DNA of 64,000 nucleotides from Mantamonas sphyraenae STR306. Taxonomy: Eukaryota > Protista > CRuMs. The notes below the pieces were generated by a model, which was not told the DNA's origin, did not search any database, and saw only the letters and a list, made by a program, of their open reading frames with translations. This document shows positions 11,783-23,608 of the stretch, one piece after another (the stretch's first letter is position 1; the number at the start of each line of letters is the position of its first letter). A program made the translations under genes and the position numbers. The stretch is taken from the NCBI GenBank assembly GCA_026936335.1, contig JAPMXV010000041.1, positions 100,708 to 164,707 of the forward strand, given 5' to 3'.

Positions 11783-14700
11783 ATGGTGCGTGATGGTGCA
11801 GGGTGTGTGGTTTGTGGTTTGTGTGGATGTGTGTCGCTAACATGTGCGGTGTGCGTGTGTGTGTGTGTGCAGTCGCACGGGATCCAGCAATTCAGCGAAG
11901 AGGAGCAGGAGAAGTTGCTGAAAGATTGCAGCTCGACGGTCAAGGCGCAGGGGTACTACATGAAGCGGTGTCTGGTGAGTGCGCAGCGTGGCCATGTTGC
12001 TGCAGAGTGGATGATTCGAGGGCAGGGCACGAGAAAGAGCACAGAAGCTTACATTGAACTGTGTGCATGGACAGGACGCGCACAAGCTGATGGATGCGCT
12101 GAAGCACGCGAGCAACATGATCGCCGAGCTGCGCACGTCGATGCTCAGCCCCAAGAACTACTACCACGTGTGTAGGTTGAGAATTGTGGCTACGGTGGCC
12201 TTGTGGTCATGTGTTGCCCGTCTGGCATTGTGTGGTGTGCATGGACGGTGGCGCCAGAGTCCACGCAAGCCCCAGCTGGGGTCTTTTTCCCTCCCTGGGT
12301 TTGGCGCACCCTGCACGCACATGACGACGCCGTGTGGCCTCTTGATTGGGTGTAACGCAGGCGTGAGATGCATAGGCACAGGGTAGCAGGGACATGTGGT
12401 CGTGTGCATGCGTGTGTGTGGCGCATACGGGAACCGGAGGCGGGAGGCTGACACGGCATTTTCTACGCTGGGCCCCACTTCTGGGCGACATACCACACAA
12501 CGGCGGGGTCGTGTGCACACGAAATGGTGTGTGTGTGGAACGGCGTGTGTGTGTGTGTGCGTGTGTGTGTGTGTATGACCACAGACTGCCTTGTGTTTGA
12601 CGAGCTGAACCTGCTGGAGCAGTATCTGGTGGAGGAGCAGAAGCGAGGCAAGCGCATTGCGGAGCTGTACGAGGTGGTTCAGTACGCAGGCAACATCCTG
12701 CCGCGTCTGTACCTCCTGGTCACGGTGGGCTCCGTGTACATCCGTTCACAGGAGGCACCAGCCAAGGACATCCTGCGTGACATGGTGGAAATGTGTCGCG
12801 GCGTGCAGCATCCCACACGAGGCCTGTTTCTGCGCAACTATCTGCTCACGCTGTGCAAGGACAAGCTGCCGGACACCAACTCGGCATACATTGGCAAGGG
12901 AGGCGACGTGAACGACAGCGTGGATTTCATCCTGCTCAACTTTGTGGAGATGAACAAGCTGTGGGTGCGCTTGCAGCACCAGGGCGCCGTCAAGGACCGC
13001 CAGCGACGCGAGACGGAACGCAAGGACCTGCAGTTGCTGGTGGGCACGAACCTTCGTCGTCTGTCCGATCTGGAGGGTGTGACACCGGAGTTGTACGAGA
13101 ACACGATCCTGCCGTCGATTCTGGAGGAGATCATCCGCTGCAAGGATGTCATCTCGCAGGAGTACATCATGGAAATCATTTCGCGTGTGTTTCCCGACCA
13201 CTTCCACCTGCGTACCATCGACCAATTCCTGGGGGCGTGCACGCAGCTGCAGAGCGCGGTGGATCTGCGTCGCATCATCACCTCGCTGATCGACCGCCTG
13301 GCCAATTACATCAAGACCACGGAGAACAAGTCGGCCATTCCGGACGACCTCTTTGCCACCTTTTCGTCCTACGTCAACAAGGTCATCCAGTCGCGTCCCA
13401 AGATGCCCATGAGTGACATGCTTGCCCTGCAGGGCAGTCTGCTGAGCCTTGTGTTGAGCACGAGTGAGTTTGTTTGGTGGGGAAGGGGGGAAAGGGGGGA
13501 AGGGTGAGTGTGTGATTAGGGCCCCCACTGACACAGGCAGCGCACAAAAGACCCCGATCGCATCGACTACGTGGACGGGATCCTGGAGTTTACGACGACC
13601 ATCCTGGGCAAGCTGCCAGAAAAGAGGCTGGAGAGCTCGACGTGCATCTCTCTGGTGAAGCAGATGCTGATGAGCCCGCTGGCGACGTACAAGAACATCC
13701 TGACGGTGCTGGATCTGTCGCACTACGGCAAAACGTTGGAGTATCTGGACTTTTACACGCGGCGCGACGTGGCGGTGGCGCTGTGCAACACGGCCATCCG
13801 GTACCACAAGACTCTGGAGGACCCTGAAAAGGTGCACTTCCTGTTTACGTACGTCAACGTGCTGCTGGAGGACCAGGACGACTTTTCGGATGCCATCTAC
13901 GACGACGAGGACTTTGCAGAGGACTTGGTGCTGACAGCCAAACTGGTGAACCTGCTGTACTCGGAGTCGCCGGAAACGATGTACAGCTTGCTGAAGGTGG
14001 CCAAGTCGCACCTGAAGAATGGCGGGGAGCGTCGTGTGCGCAGCACCATGTTGCCGCTGCTGTTCCGCTCGCTGATGCTCACCAACCTGATTGAGGAGGC
14101 CAACGGAGAGGAAGAGGGCAGTGCCGGGGTGGCATCGCAGAAGGCATACAAGTTCATGTCGGACTGCGTGACGGCAGTGTCGGAGGTGGATGCGTTCCTG
14201 GGCATCAAGATGATGCTGCAGTGTGCGCAGAACGCGGCGTCGTTGTCGTACGAGGACATTGCGTACGACTTTATGGAGCAGGCCTTCCTTGTGTACGAGG
14301 GAGAGAACGAAATCAAGTGGCAGTACGACGCCGTGGTGCTGATGATCTCGTCGCTGCAGGCGATGAGCGGGTTCAGCACCGAGTCGTACGAGGCGTTGGC
14401 ACAGAGTGCGGCCGGGTATGCCATCAAGCTGCTGCGTAAGCCGGACCAAAGCAAGGCAGTGTGTCTGGCCACACATCTGTACTGGACGGCGGAGGACAGC
14501 GACGGGGAAGGGGGCTACCACGACGCAAAGACGGTGTTGAAGCTGTTGCAAAAGTCGATGCGTGTGGCAGACAAGTGGGTGGATCCCAAGGTGCAATTCC
14601 AACTGTTTGCAGAGATCCTCAACCGCTTCCTGTACTACTTTGAGGCGGGCAACGAAGAGGTGGCAGAGTATGTGAACCAGCTGATCGAGCTGATCGACAC

Positions 14701-14839
14701 CAAGATGGAGAGCTACACAGAGGCCGCGGAGGATCTGGACGAGGTCAAGGACTTTGTGAGCAACACCATGCGGTATGTGAAGAGCAAGCAGGAGGGAGAG
14801 GAGGCTGCCAAGTGGAAGGCGATTGTGGTGGGAGCATGA
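11783..14839 (+). CDS. VPS35: Retromer subunit VPS35, multi-exon
   Basis: [63 protein letters not shown] at 14886-14891. Confidence 0.95.
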
Positions 14840-14914
14840 GCATGAGCATGAGAGCTGTATTTTTCGTTTGTGCGTGAACGCACTCAATAAATGCACTCAA
14901 ACTCACATAAAATA

Positions 14915-15063
14915 CTTGACCATGTCCAAAAGTCGGCTTACTTCGGGACAAATGGCTCCCAGGGCATCGTTGCTGTCTGCCCTGGGCACACCGAGCGGTG
15001 GCTTGCGCTCGGTGATCTTCGCAGCTCCAGTCGTCGATGGAACTGCCCTCACATCCTGTTCAC
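14915..15063 (-). ncRNA. Putative omegaRNA scaffold of Fanzor 1
   Basis: Four consecutive stems: 15021-15029/15038-15046, 14989-14997/15006-15014, 14958-14966/14978-14986 and 14920-14955. Mismatches resolve as G-U pairs only on the minus strand. Confidence 0.68.
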
Positions 15064-18000
15064 TCACCCTTCCGTACCGGTGGTGACTTGATCATTGGAC
15101 GTGGCTGTGGCTGCTGCTTCCTTCTGTCTGCTGAATGGCATGGGTCGTTGTCCCGATTTGATTTGTTCAACAATGATCCAGAAGAATGCTTCGCAGGAGT
15201 GCTGGTCTCGCTGCATCGCCACGTGCAATGGAATGTCCTCGTCGTTGTGGATTTCCCGTTGCAGCAGCGCAAACAACGTCTGCTTTCTGGTGTGGTGATT
15301 GCGCGACTGGTAGCCGCATGTTTTGCAGAACTGGAGCCTGCCCAGGGGTTTGCGCGACACATTGGTGTTGAAGCTGAGTGTCGTTCCACACCTGTGCACA
15401 CTGGATGTGCCATACTCGTCCAGGTCCTTGACCACGTTGTAGTACACGGCCAGCTTGTCCAACACGTCGCCCGTCCGTCCGCCGAGGCTTGATTGTTTCT
15501 TTCCTCCCACCACCAGCACGTGCTGTTTTGGCATCCCTCTGTTGGCCATGAGTTTCTGTGTCTCTTCGATTGACCGTTGCAGGAACTGCGCCTGGATACG
15601 CGTGCCATGCCTCCGTCGTCGCATCTCGTTGTGCGTCATCGTCGGGATCGTCATCTGGAACACCTTGTTGTTGTGTGTCCACATGAGAACCCATGTGTCC
15701 CGTGTGACGCCCCAATCCACCAAGGCGAACAAGGTGTCGTTGACAATGGACACCCACTTCTCCTCCTTCACGGTGTCTCCGTCGTTGCCACCGGGGTCAT
15801 CGACAGCACCAGCATCCACCTCGCTCTCCTGTGCCTCGCCCTCGTAGTTGCCGCCTGTATCGTCGTCTCTGCCCTGTGCACTGTCCGTCCCTGGTGCCGC
15901 ACCCACTTCACCTTGTTGTGTCTCCCTCGACGCCGACCCGATCGTATGAAACTTGCTGACCCCCCGGGACCCAACGTTCCGTCCAAGGTCCCGCAGGCGC
16001 CCATACTCCGACTTGTTCACGAAGGGAGCCATCCATACGGGCAGGGTGTTGGAATACTGCAGGATGTTGGTCGCTGCTGTGAACAGTGGTCCGGAAACCT
16101 TGTTGAGTCGGTTTTTCCCAGTGTCCTTGTCGCTGCTCTTGTTGTTCTTCGCTCGCGTTTGCATCTCTGCCTTGATACGCCAGAGATGGGTCAAACACTC
16201 ATGCTCAATCTTGGCCACCAGTGCGCTGTGCGTCTCGGTGTCGTTGTGGGCGAGCGGGTCTTGGACCAAGGTTTTAGGATAGAACACGATCGCGGCTGTC
16301 CCGGCCGACGATACGTGCGTCGTACCTTTCCAGTGGTGCAGCTGAGTAGGACGCATTCGCATCACGGCTGTCGTGTTGGCCGCAACGCTCGCAAACATGT
16401 CGTCGAACAGCGAGGTCGCGTCCTCGCCCAACGACGCCCACCACCTCGACACTGCACAGCGCACCTTTTCGGGGAACTTGCCTTTGTGCGTCTTCCACAG
16501 CTCCAGCACTCTCTTCCAGGTTGCTGTGCTGATCGAAAGCGCCTTGCCGTTCTCTCCCAGCGTCACAGCTGCCTTCACTGCCTGCCATTGTGTGTCGTTC
16601 TCCAGCAGGAATGGGATCAGCATCGTCTTGGCGTCCTCCGGAGCGAGCATCATCCCCACATCCGCCTCCTCCAGTGTAAGCTGCGGCAGCAGGTTGTGCA
16701 GGATGCAAAGCGGCGCGTTTGCCAACGCTTTCGCCTTGTGCCCCTTGCTCTCGGTCGCAAGCATCGTGCCGTTCGGATCGATGGCCTTCAGCAGCTCCCT
16801 CGCCTTCAACAACAGCATGCGGTAGCTCCTGGATCGTCTGATCTCACCCGCCTTGGTCACTGCCTGTGTTTGCGCGTTTGTCCGTTTCTGCGCCGCTTCA
16901 GCTGCGTGGGCATCGTAGGCAAACCCCAGGGCAGCCTTGCACACACCATGGCGTGTGAATGCCTTGTGAACGCCCCCGTTTGGGTGTTCTTCACTTGATG
17001 CGTCGACAGCTGCAAGCAGGGCAGCCTCGCGGATACCCTGCGCTCCCGGTTCTTGTGCTTCAGCGTAATTAACCAGCAGAGTCACGTACAAAAGCGCCCT
17101 CTTGCTGGTCACCACTTGCTTGAGCCTCGACGTCACCATGTTGGCCAGGAGCCAGCGCATGCGAGTGGCCGCAGCACCCAGGTGGCTGATGTCTGGGGCA
17201 GTGCAGTCCACGCTGCATGTGTTGCCGCCGTCCTTGCTCACAATGCGTCCTGTCATCCTGTCCACGTACAGTTGTCCCTTCACCTTTGTCAGGACATCCC
17301 ACACGAGGCCATCTTTTGACGCACTGGTCATGTACTTGACGGCAGTTTCAATTTGGGTTTGGTTGCATCCCTGAAGGACACCGACAACCGCATTGACAGC
17401 CGTCAGCACACATGGGACAATGTCGTTGTATGTGTCCGCCAGGCGCTGAAGAAGCTGGTCTTCGCTTTCGAGAGCGTGGAACCCGAGGTCACCGAGTTGG
17501 GCGACATTGTGAATTGCCCCAAGGCCAATGGGAATGGTGGTGTCTTTCACGCCTGCGTCGGTCATAGCAGTTTGGATGAACTCGGTCACGTCCTGGATCA
17601 ACAGGTCCTGGTCATCTGGTGGAGGCGCGCTTCTTGAGGTGCGTTTGCGAGGGCGTCGCTGCAGTTGCGTCGTGTCGTGCTCAACGCTCTCCTTTGGCAT
17701 GTCATCCAGCGAGCCTATGGCATGGGCAATGCGTTCTTCGCCTTCGTGTGCTCCTGTGTGAAACGCCGCCGCGGTTTGAGTTTCGTCGTACAGCGAATTC
17801 TCTGCCAAGCTGTTCAGGTCTGCCTCGGTGAACTCGATTACCTTTTCGAAGGTATTGATGTCGTGCAGGAGCACACGTGCAGAGCAGTGCCCATTCAACG
17901 CATCGGCTTGTGCCCTGAGGACCCGCTGGAGTGTGACCACCTGTGAGTGCGCCACGCCCATCTCTACGCCGCTGGAATCCACATGACCCTTTGCTGCAAG

Positions 18001-20834
18001 GTTCTCAGCCATATAGTCCACCAGGTAGTCCCAGACGTGGTGTCTGAACGCCTCCATGTCCATCGCGGCTGCAGTCCCTTTGCCTGGGTTCTGAACGTGT
18101 TCGGCGCGGAGTGTGGCCAGATTATGAAAGACACTCACGGCCTTGTCGTCCTCGTCATGCATGATGGATGCCAATGCCATCTCTGGCTCCTCCAGCTTGA
18201 GGTAGAGCTCCATCTTTCCAGACAGCGTGGCTGTGGCGCTGTGAAGCGGACGGTGTGGGAGGATGAACCTGGCACCGCCGTCGACAAACAGAGCCGTCCG
18301 CACGGCCGCGCACATGCACGCCCGCCCGCTTGTGCTCTTGATGGCCTTGCCACCCGATACAATTTCGATGTTGATCTCTGCCCCGTTCAGTTCGCCACAT
18401 AGAAGCAGCAACGTCCCGAGCCACTGCTTTGCCCGTGGAGACGTCGAGTGCAGCCTGAAAACGGTGTTGTCCGTGCTGTTTCTGAGCAGCTGTACGATGG
18501 TGGCTTCGTCGGCTGGGGTGTGTTTCTTCAAGGCCTTGGCGAGCCTGAAGTAGGGCCTCATCTGCCCCGCCTTCTTGCCGTTGTAACTCCACATCCTGCT
18601 CGACGAGATGAGCAAACGGCGCTGCATGCTCGCTGTCACGCCTGGGGCACCTTCGATGATGGCGTCATGAGTTGCGATCCCCAAACACACGCAAGCCTGT
18701 GTTGTTTTGTCCGGCCCACCGACCTTTCCGAACGCGTACGAGCCCAAATCCACCACGTCGATGTACTCCCGCTTGTCCGCTTCCTTGTCATTCTTCTCTT
18801 TGTTGGCCTTTTCTTCTTTCGCCTTCTTCTCCTTGGCCGTCACCAGCTGTTCAAGCGCCTTTTGCGACGTGGTGGGTTTGCCCGGCAGGGCACCGCGTAA
18901 CGCCGCAAATCCTTGTTCATCCTTTTCCTTGGCACCCTTCTTGAGCATGTTGTCGCCAAACGTGTAGCAGACAACGTGCACCTGGTGTGCAGCACCGTTG
19001 TTTCCACGCACATACATCATCTTTGCGTTGGCGAGCGAGTACTCCAGCTGGCCAACCAAGTACTCTTCGCTCGCCTGCAGGCAGGCCTGTTTCTCCTTTT
19101 CGCGCTGGTTCTGTTGCTGCTCTCGCCTCTTTTCTGCAGCACGCCTTTTCTTGTTCCGCTTGCCACGGCCACCGCCACTTGCTTTGCGCCGCTTGTTGGA
19201 GTTGCTCCCCGTTTCTCTGGTGGGAACGGCGGGCATGGGCAACCTGGTGATTGACGACTCGTGTGGACGCACCGGCGCAGCAGCAGCAGCGTATGAGCAT
19301 GGCTCCGTGGTCCCGACTGTCGCGTGGACGACACCAGGCAAATTGGGTGTCCACTCGACCGAGCTAATGGCGTCGTCGTTGAACTCGAGCCACGTTCCTG
19401 TGTGGATACGCACCATTGCAATGTAATGACCGGCGTTGGCATCTTCGGATGGGTGGTACAGCATCACAGTGTGCACTTGCGCCGCAACTTTCACAGCCAG
19501 GTTGCTGGCAACAACTGCGCCGTTTTCGTATCTTCCGTGGTTGTACGTGTACACAGCAGTGGGCGTGGAGCGCAACTCAGTCGTACTCTTGCCCTGGATC
19601 GCGGGCTTACTCTTGCCTTGGATCGGGGTCTGTGGGCACTCGCTGCAGTTCCATTCAAACGTCCCGCCTTGGGTAATTGGATGAACCGGATGATCAAGGA
19701 AGAATGCCTCTGTTTTGCGCGACGAGAGCTCGTGCTTGCACTCCGGGCAAACGGCATCCGACCTCACAACGACGACGCCACAAGGCAGCGCCCCGAGGTC
19801 GTCCAGGGGGGTGTCTTCGCGTACCGCTTCGAGTACCCCATCCACGAATTGTGTGTGCCCTTGGATGAACTCTCCGAGTGTTAAGAGTCTGGGAAGGGAC
19901 AGTGTGTGTTGGCTATGGTCAGCGACGGAACGGCGTTGTTGGAACGACGATCGCCAAAACTTACGCCTCTGTGGACGCCTGTTGCTTGCGCATCTTTTCT
20001 CCGCGCTCGGTGGAGAACCACGCATGGAGCAGAATTGCGGCCTTGGAGGCCGCGTCCTCGTCGTTGCGTCCGTTCCCCATCATGTGTGACCACAGACACA
20101 AGAGAGAGCGGAGTTGCCAAGTGCGCTGAATTGTCTGAGTGCTCCAGTCGCAGATGCCTCTGCCGAGTGCAATTAGGAGGACACGTACGGCCACAGTCAT
20201 GTAGCACAGTACCGCGCGCACGTTGCTGTGTTGGTGGTAGGGGAGGGGAGGGTGTGTGTTGGTGATTTGGGGAGGGGAAAAGAGTGCACCTTGCACGCTG
20301 CACGCCAGAGGATGACACCACGGGAAATGCTTACCGGATACCGCGACGTGCATTCAACATGTGTTCCACCACGGGGTTGGCCCCAGCAGAGTACTCTCCC
20401 TCGTCGTCAGCACCCAACGTCTCGAAGAGAAACCCGACAACACTCTGGTCGATTTGGGGCGCAAACTCCTCACACAGACCGTTCACGGCGGAATGGATGG
20501 TCTGCGGTGCATCTTGTTCCTGTGCAGGCGTGCCCCCAGTGTCTACTACAACAGGTGTCAGCGCTTGGCGCGCAGCCGAAAAACGAAAACACAGGCAGGA
20601 TAACGCACAGCTGCGCTCCAAAAACGCAAAACACGCTGATGGGGTGCTAGATTGCCAATCAAACTCATCACTGGTCGGCTCCTGATGGTGATGGTGACTC
20701 CCGACATCGGGAGGTGTCGGTGCGAAAGTCGATTCGTTCTCCGCGGCGCCAGCTGCCGCCAGCATCCGTTCTGCCACCCTTCTTGACCGGCGAGGCCCAG
20801 TTGGGGCAGTGTTGCCCGGCGTCTCGTCACTCAT
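15064..20834 (-). CDS. Spliced USP(C19)-like peptidase - Fanzor fusion, ~1861 aa; exons 20834-20335, 20225-19965, 19888-15064
   Basis: GTAAG..CAG introns join in frame. Cys box GIRNVRAVLCYMT, QQASTEA, two CxxC, His box GHYIAMVR..WLEFNDD. RuvC-I ALVDWG, DEYGTS-x3-RC, CKTC, RuvC-III QRDQHS. Confidence 0.85.
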
Positions 20835-21530
20835 GGTGTTGCGTGCCGGGTGGATACGTTGTCGACGCCCGCGCCAAAATCCGAATCCTGAATCCAACCC
20901 ATTCTCATATCCACCTTCATGCTGCATTTCCGACACGTACATACACTACAGGACACGGAGATTAGATACCGGAGTTGTATGACATAGCTGGTGGTGTCAG
21001 ATGCACCCGCCTGGGGAGCCGCCAATTCGATGTGCGCTTGCGCTCGTCCAGTCGATTCATGGGTCGTGAATCCATACCACGCGCACGCCAAACATACGCG
21101 GAGTATCTACATACCCGCTCTGGTCATCGGTAATCATCCAGCCAGTGTGGAACGAGATTGGCCAAGGCTGCACGCCGTGCCAATTTCAGCGCACTGGTCC
21201 GGCGCCCTCAACCCTTGTCAGCGACCTGTGCTTCAGTCAGTGAATGCACGCTCACGGCCCGTAGCAGCAGATCAGATCAGCTGCCGTGTTTACCCGGATG
21301 CAGTTGTTTTGGTTTCCCGGACGTCGCACGGGAAGACAACAGCAGCAAGCGAGGCGGATGATGTGCAAACCCCGTGATAGTGTGGATCTTTATCGGTGTG
21401 CACGAGGCCCCTACGGTGCCGTGTCTCACTCAAACAGACGTCATCGACGGGAACACAAGCCGTAAATGCTGTGCAATTTCATCGCAGGTGTGCCAAGCCG
21501 TCCCGTCGTTCTTTTGCCACCTGGAGAGTT

Positions 21531-22462
21531 CCATGTCGGTTGTGGGATGCCCGGGATGGTGTACAAGGAGCGTGGGACACCGTGCCGGTGGTTGCGTTGG
21601 AGATCGGCAGCGAATGACCCCGGCGCTGGACAACCTTCCCATTGCGTCCCTTTCGTAATTCAAAGTGTGCTCCATGTCGGTTGTGGGATGCCCAGGATAG
21701 TATACAGGGAGTGTGGGACGCCGGGTTGATGCTGGCGTTGGAGATCGGTGTGGTGAATGATTCGTGTGCAGAACAGCCCTGCCATTCCGTTCGAACCGAG
21801 GTTGGTAGAGTGTTCCATGTCGGTTGTGGGATGCCCGGGATGGTATACAGGGAGTGTGGGACACCGGGTTGATGCTGGCGTTGGAGATCGGTGTGGTGAA
21901 TGATTCGTGTGCAGAACAGCCCTGCCATTCCGTTCGATCCGAGGTTGGTAGAGTGTTCCATGTCGGTTGTGGGATGCCCAGGATAGTATACAGGGAGTGT
22001 GGGACGCCGGGTTGATGCTGGCGTTGGAGATCGGTGTGGTGAATGATTCGTGTGCAGAACAGCCCTGCCATTCCGTTCGAACCGAGGTTGGTAGAGTGTT
22101 CCATGTCGGTTGTGGGATGCCCGGGATGGTATACAGGGAGTGTGGGACACCGGGTTGATGCTGGCGTTGGAGATCGGTGTGGTGAATGATTCGTGTGCAG
22201 AACAGCCCTGCCATTCCGTTCGATCCGAGGTTGGTAGAGTGTTCCATGTCGGTTGTGGGATGCCCAGGATAGTATACAGGGAGTGTGGGACGCCGGGTTG
22301 ATGCTGGCGTTGGAGATCGGTGTGGTGAATGATTCGTGTGCAGAACAGCCCTGCCATTCCGTTCGATCCGAGGTTGGTAGAGTGTTCCATGTCGGTTGTG
22401 GGATGCCCGGGATGGTATACAGGGAGTGTGGGACACCGGGTTGATGCTGGCGTTGGAGATCG
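21531..22462. repeat. 143-bp tandem array (~6.5 units) with alternating A/B variants
   Basis: Units start at 21531 (diverged, 141 bp), 21672, 21815, 21958, 22101, 22244 and 22387 (truncated). Confidence 0.95.
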
Positions 22463-22599
22463 TGCAGGGTTTTCACATATTGTGCTTGGTTCACTCCCCA
22501 CATGAGCCGCTTTCCAAACGCAGAGCATGGTGGTCTATGGCAGCCTTGTGCAGATGTCCACGCGATGATGATGCCGCCATGGCCTTTCTTGGAGAGGTG

Positions 22600-23177
22600 T
22601 CGACGCCCGGTTTTACGACGACCTCCACACTCGCAGGTCGACTCCAGTCTCGTCGGCCCACACTATATTCTTTGCGCGCATTCGTGCATCTGTGCGCTGC
22701 AGCCGTTCAAACTCGCGCCGCCGCATACGCACGTGCGGCTTCTCTTTCAGCTGAGAGATTCTTCAACTTTTTCAGTCGCAACTGATGCCGTTGGCAGAAT
22801 ATACACAGTGTAGCCAGGGAAACTCGAAGATGGAATTGTCTCGTCAAAGCCAGCCGCATCTCATCAAGATACGAGGCACTGTGCTTCGCTATACGGCGGA
22901 CAAGGGATCGTTTGTGGTGCGCCTGCAATTTTCTGGCCGCCCACCGGCACGAAGTGGAGTTGCCACACCTCCTGTGACACGAAACTGGGCAACGTACTTG
23001 TGCACAGCACCTACGCTGACCTTCCAGTGCAAGGCTACCTGCTTCATTGATTGCGGGGTTTGCGTTCAGGTAGCCGTTTACTATGTTGAGACGCATCGCT
23101 TCCGGGATGGCTGAACCAGACTTGTACACCCCACCGTGTGTGTTGATCTTGAACGTTGGGTTCATTGCACTGGGCAT
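22600..23177 (-). pseudogene. Degenerate, truncated IS630/Tc1-like transposase
   Basis: Across at least 3 frameshifts: INTHGGVYKSG, HTH SMKQVALHWKVSVGAVHKYV..GGRP, YLDEM..VSLATL, first catalytic motif NIVWADETG. Second D and E not found. Homologous to the transposase at 44740-45760. Confidence 0.8.
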
Positions 23178-23608
23178 GTTGGTTTGGTGACAATTGCTGA
23201 TCCGTCAGGTTGGCGTCTGGTGCGCCTTGTCCATCACACCTGCTTGACATCCCTTCTCGTCCACACAATGCATTATTCGCAAGGATTCATTGTTTCCATT
23301 GTATAGATGACTTTGGTAAGCTTCTTTCAGTGCACGTGGAAACCGAGGGGGAGTGGGAACGATTGGCCGATAGAGCACAGCCATGAGCACACGCCAAACC
23401 GGGGTGTGAACATCTCTGTGATCACAAAGAACCCACAGAGGAGTGATATCATGCCTCGGTGAACATTCTATGTGTTTCTGGGCGTTGTTCTCGGTGGTGG
23501 AGCCATGTTCACGCTCAATTGCAACCAACTGAGCGCGAGTGTCGTGGCAAACAAAAAAATCGCAATCGAAGGGGCACCATTGAGCAGATCGACTTGTGGG
23601 CAGCGGTG

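Larger units (their letters stand above)
14915..23300 (-). mobile_element. Element 1: IS630/Tc1-mariner-type transposon carrying a USP-Fanzor gene, a candidate omegaRNA and a 143-bp array; right-hand boundary approximate
   Basis: Lies between VPS35 and ENT. Contains a decayed transposase (~22600-23177), a Fanzor RuvC gene and 3' hairpins ending at TA (14913-14914). No matching terminal repeat found at the other end. Confidence 0.75.

Noticed and set aside
12746-14896. Long antisense ORFs (716 aa here; also 64-1533, 49017-50861 and others)
   Set aside because: Shadow ORFs of GC3-rich genes on the opposite strand, with no recognisable motifs.
19889-20025. Start of the listed 1653-aa ORF as the true N-terminus
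   Set aside because: It runs through an out-of-frame part of exon 2 and intron 2; the spliced model supplies the USP Cys box.
21531-22462. CRISPR-like or multi-guide array
   Set aside because: Units are nearly identical over their full length, with no unique spacers, no cas genes and no similarity to the omegaRNA candidates.
21430-22528. Three overlapping minus-strand ORFs across the repeat
   Set aside because: The unit length of 143 is not a multiple of 3, and all frames are open simply because the unit has no stop codons on that strand.
23180-23600. Terminal inverted repeat or TA duplication for the far end of element 1
   Set aside because: No convincing reverse complement of cttgaccatg next to a TA was found; boundary left approximate.
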